Assembly (NCBI GenBank): GCA_947502925.1
Contig: CANNBS010000002.1
Coordinates: 25,079 to 89,078 of the forward strand
Direction of reading: 5' to 3'
DNA length: 64,000 nt
Source of the DNA: an uncultured Marinicella sp.
Lineage (GTDB): Bacteria > Pseudomonadota > Gammaproteobacteria > Xanthomonadales > Marinicellaceae
Shown: piece after piece, positions 63,330 through 64,000 of the stretch
How positions within the stretch are numbered: the stretch's first letter is position 1
How the letters are laid out: every line of letters starts with the position of its first letter
Translations under genes and position numbers: made by a program
The notes under the pieces: generated by a model
Databases searched by the model: none
What the model saw: the letters and a program-made list of their open reading frames with translations, nothing else
What the model was told of the DNA's origin: nothing

Positions 63330-63360
63330 AAAATCCCGGGTTTATCCCGGGATTTTTTTT
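63330..63360. terminator. Bidirectional terminator between azurin and murB
   Basis: AAAATCCCGGG-TTTAT-CCCGGGATTTTTTTT. Confidence 0.85.
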
Positions 63361-63375
63361 GGCTGAAATTTGGAA

Positions 63376-64000
63376 TTAAACAATCCGGACTTCTTCTTCC
63401 AGGGTGATGCCGAATTTGGATTTGACGGTTTTTTTCGCCGATTGGATGAGCTCCATCAGTTCCCGGTGACTGGCCTGACCGTAGTTGACCAGGATCAAGG
63501 CGTGTTTATCGTAGAAGCCGGCATCGCCGTTGCGTTTGCCTTTAAAGTGGCATTTTTCTAACAGCCAGGCGGCGCTGGTTTTAAGCATGTCCGGTTTGTC
63601 CGGTACAGGGAATAGGGGTATTTTTTTAAATTTTTTCTCTAATCTTTCTGCTGTGTTGCGATTAATGATAGGATTTTTGAAAAAACTGCCTGCATTGGCT
63701 AATTGTGATGGGTTGGGTAACTTCGATTGACGGATTTCAGTGACTGCTTTGGCCACATCTGCATAGTTCGGATTTTTATTGTCAGCCAAATACTGGTTCA
63801 AGGCCGGGTAACTCAGATTAATTGGACGATTGGGTCGTAAATCTAATCCGACACGACTAATAATCCAGGGTTGATCGTGGTATCTGAACAGGCTGTGGCG
63901 GTAGCTGAAATGGCATTCTTCGTTGCTTAAGCGGTGATAACCACCGGTTTGCCAGTTATACACTTCAACCCACACCAGCACGTCTTTTAATTCGACGCCG
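63376..64000 (-). CDS. murB: UDP-N-acetylmuramate dehydrogenase, 5'-truncated by window edge
   Basis: CHFSYRHSLF, NAGSFFKNP, HALILVN, FGITLEEEV. Confidence 0.95.
   Translation of the reverse strand, partial: GVELKDVLVWVEVYNWQTGGYHRLSNEECHFSYRHSLFRYHDQPWIISRVGLDLRPNRPINLSYPALNQYLADNKNPNYADVAKAVTEIRQSKLPNPSQLANAGSFFKNPIINRNTAERLEKKFKKIPLFPVPDKPDMLKTSAAWLLEKCHFKGKRNGDAGFYDKHALILVNYGQASHRELMELIQSAKKTVKSKFGITLEEEVRIV

Overview
64-kb chromosomal window of a moderately AT-rich marine-type Gammaproteobacterium. The gene types (acetylornithine-carbamoyltransferase arg operon, NAGS/K fusion, large NAD-GDH, SahR-metH) resemble Xanthomonadales-related lineages such as Marinicella; this taxonomic call is inference. 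In order: pheT(partial)-ihfA-merR-tRNA-Pro(GGG), mdh, pruA, then a variable block of about 5-22 kb. That block holds an integrase-less integron cassette array, a defective IS3 element truncating genes on both sides, a ynb-like phospholipid operon, a six-gene arg operon and a wHTH-TPR regulator. Next come nudix/rsgA/orn/pilH and an anaerobic-respiration cluster: ccmABCDEFGHI, cobB, dnr, a nirS with an extra cytochrome c domain, a heme-type TonB receptor and ubiU-ubiV-ubiD-ubiT. Three FNR/DNR class II promoters can be read directly in this cluster. The window ends with two paralogous secreted proteins, recN, grpE-dnaK-dnaJ-dapB, paaY, sahR-metH, gdhB, an SDR, two c-type cytochromes, azurin and murB(partial). 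The best novelty candidate is an unannotated 36-aa leader peptide with four consecutive Arg codons, coupled to mutually exclusive antiterminator/terminator hairpins upstream of argF'. This looks like a classical ribosome-mediated attenuator for arginine biosynthesis. All alignments and pairings were done by eye; no database searches or folding calculations were run.
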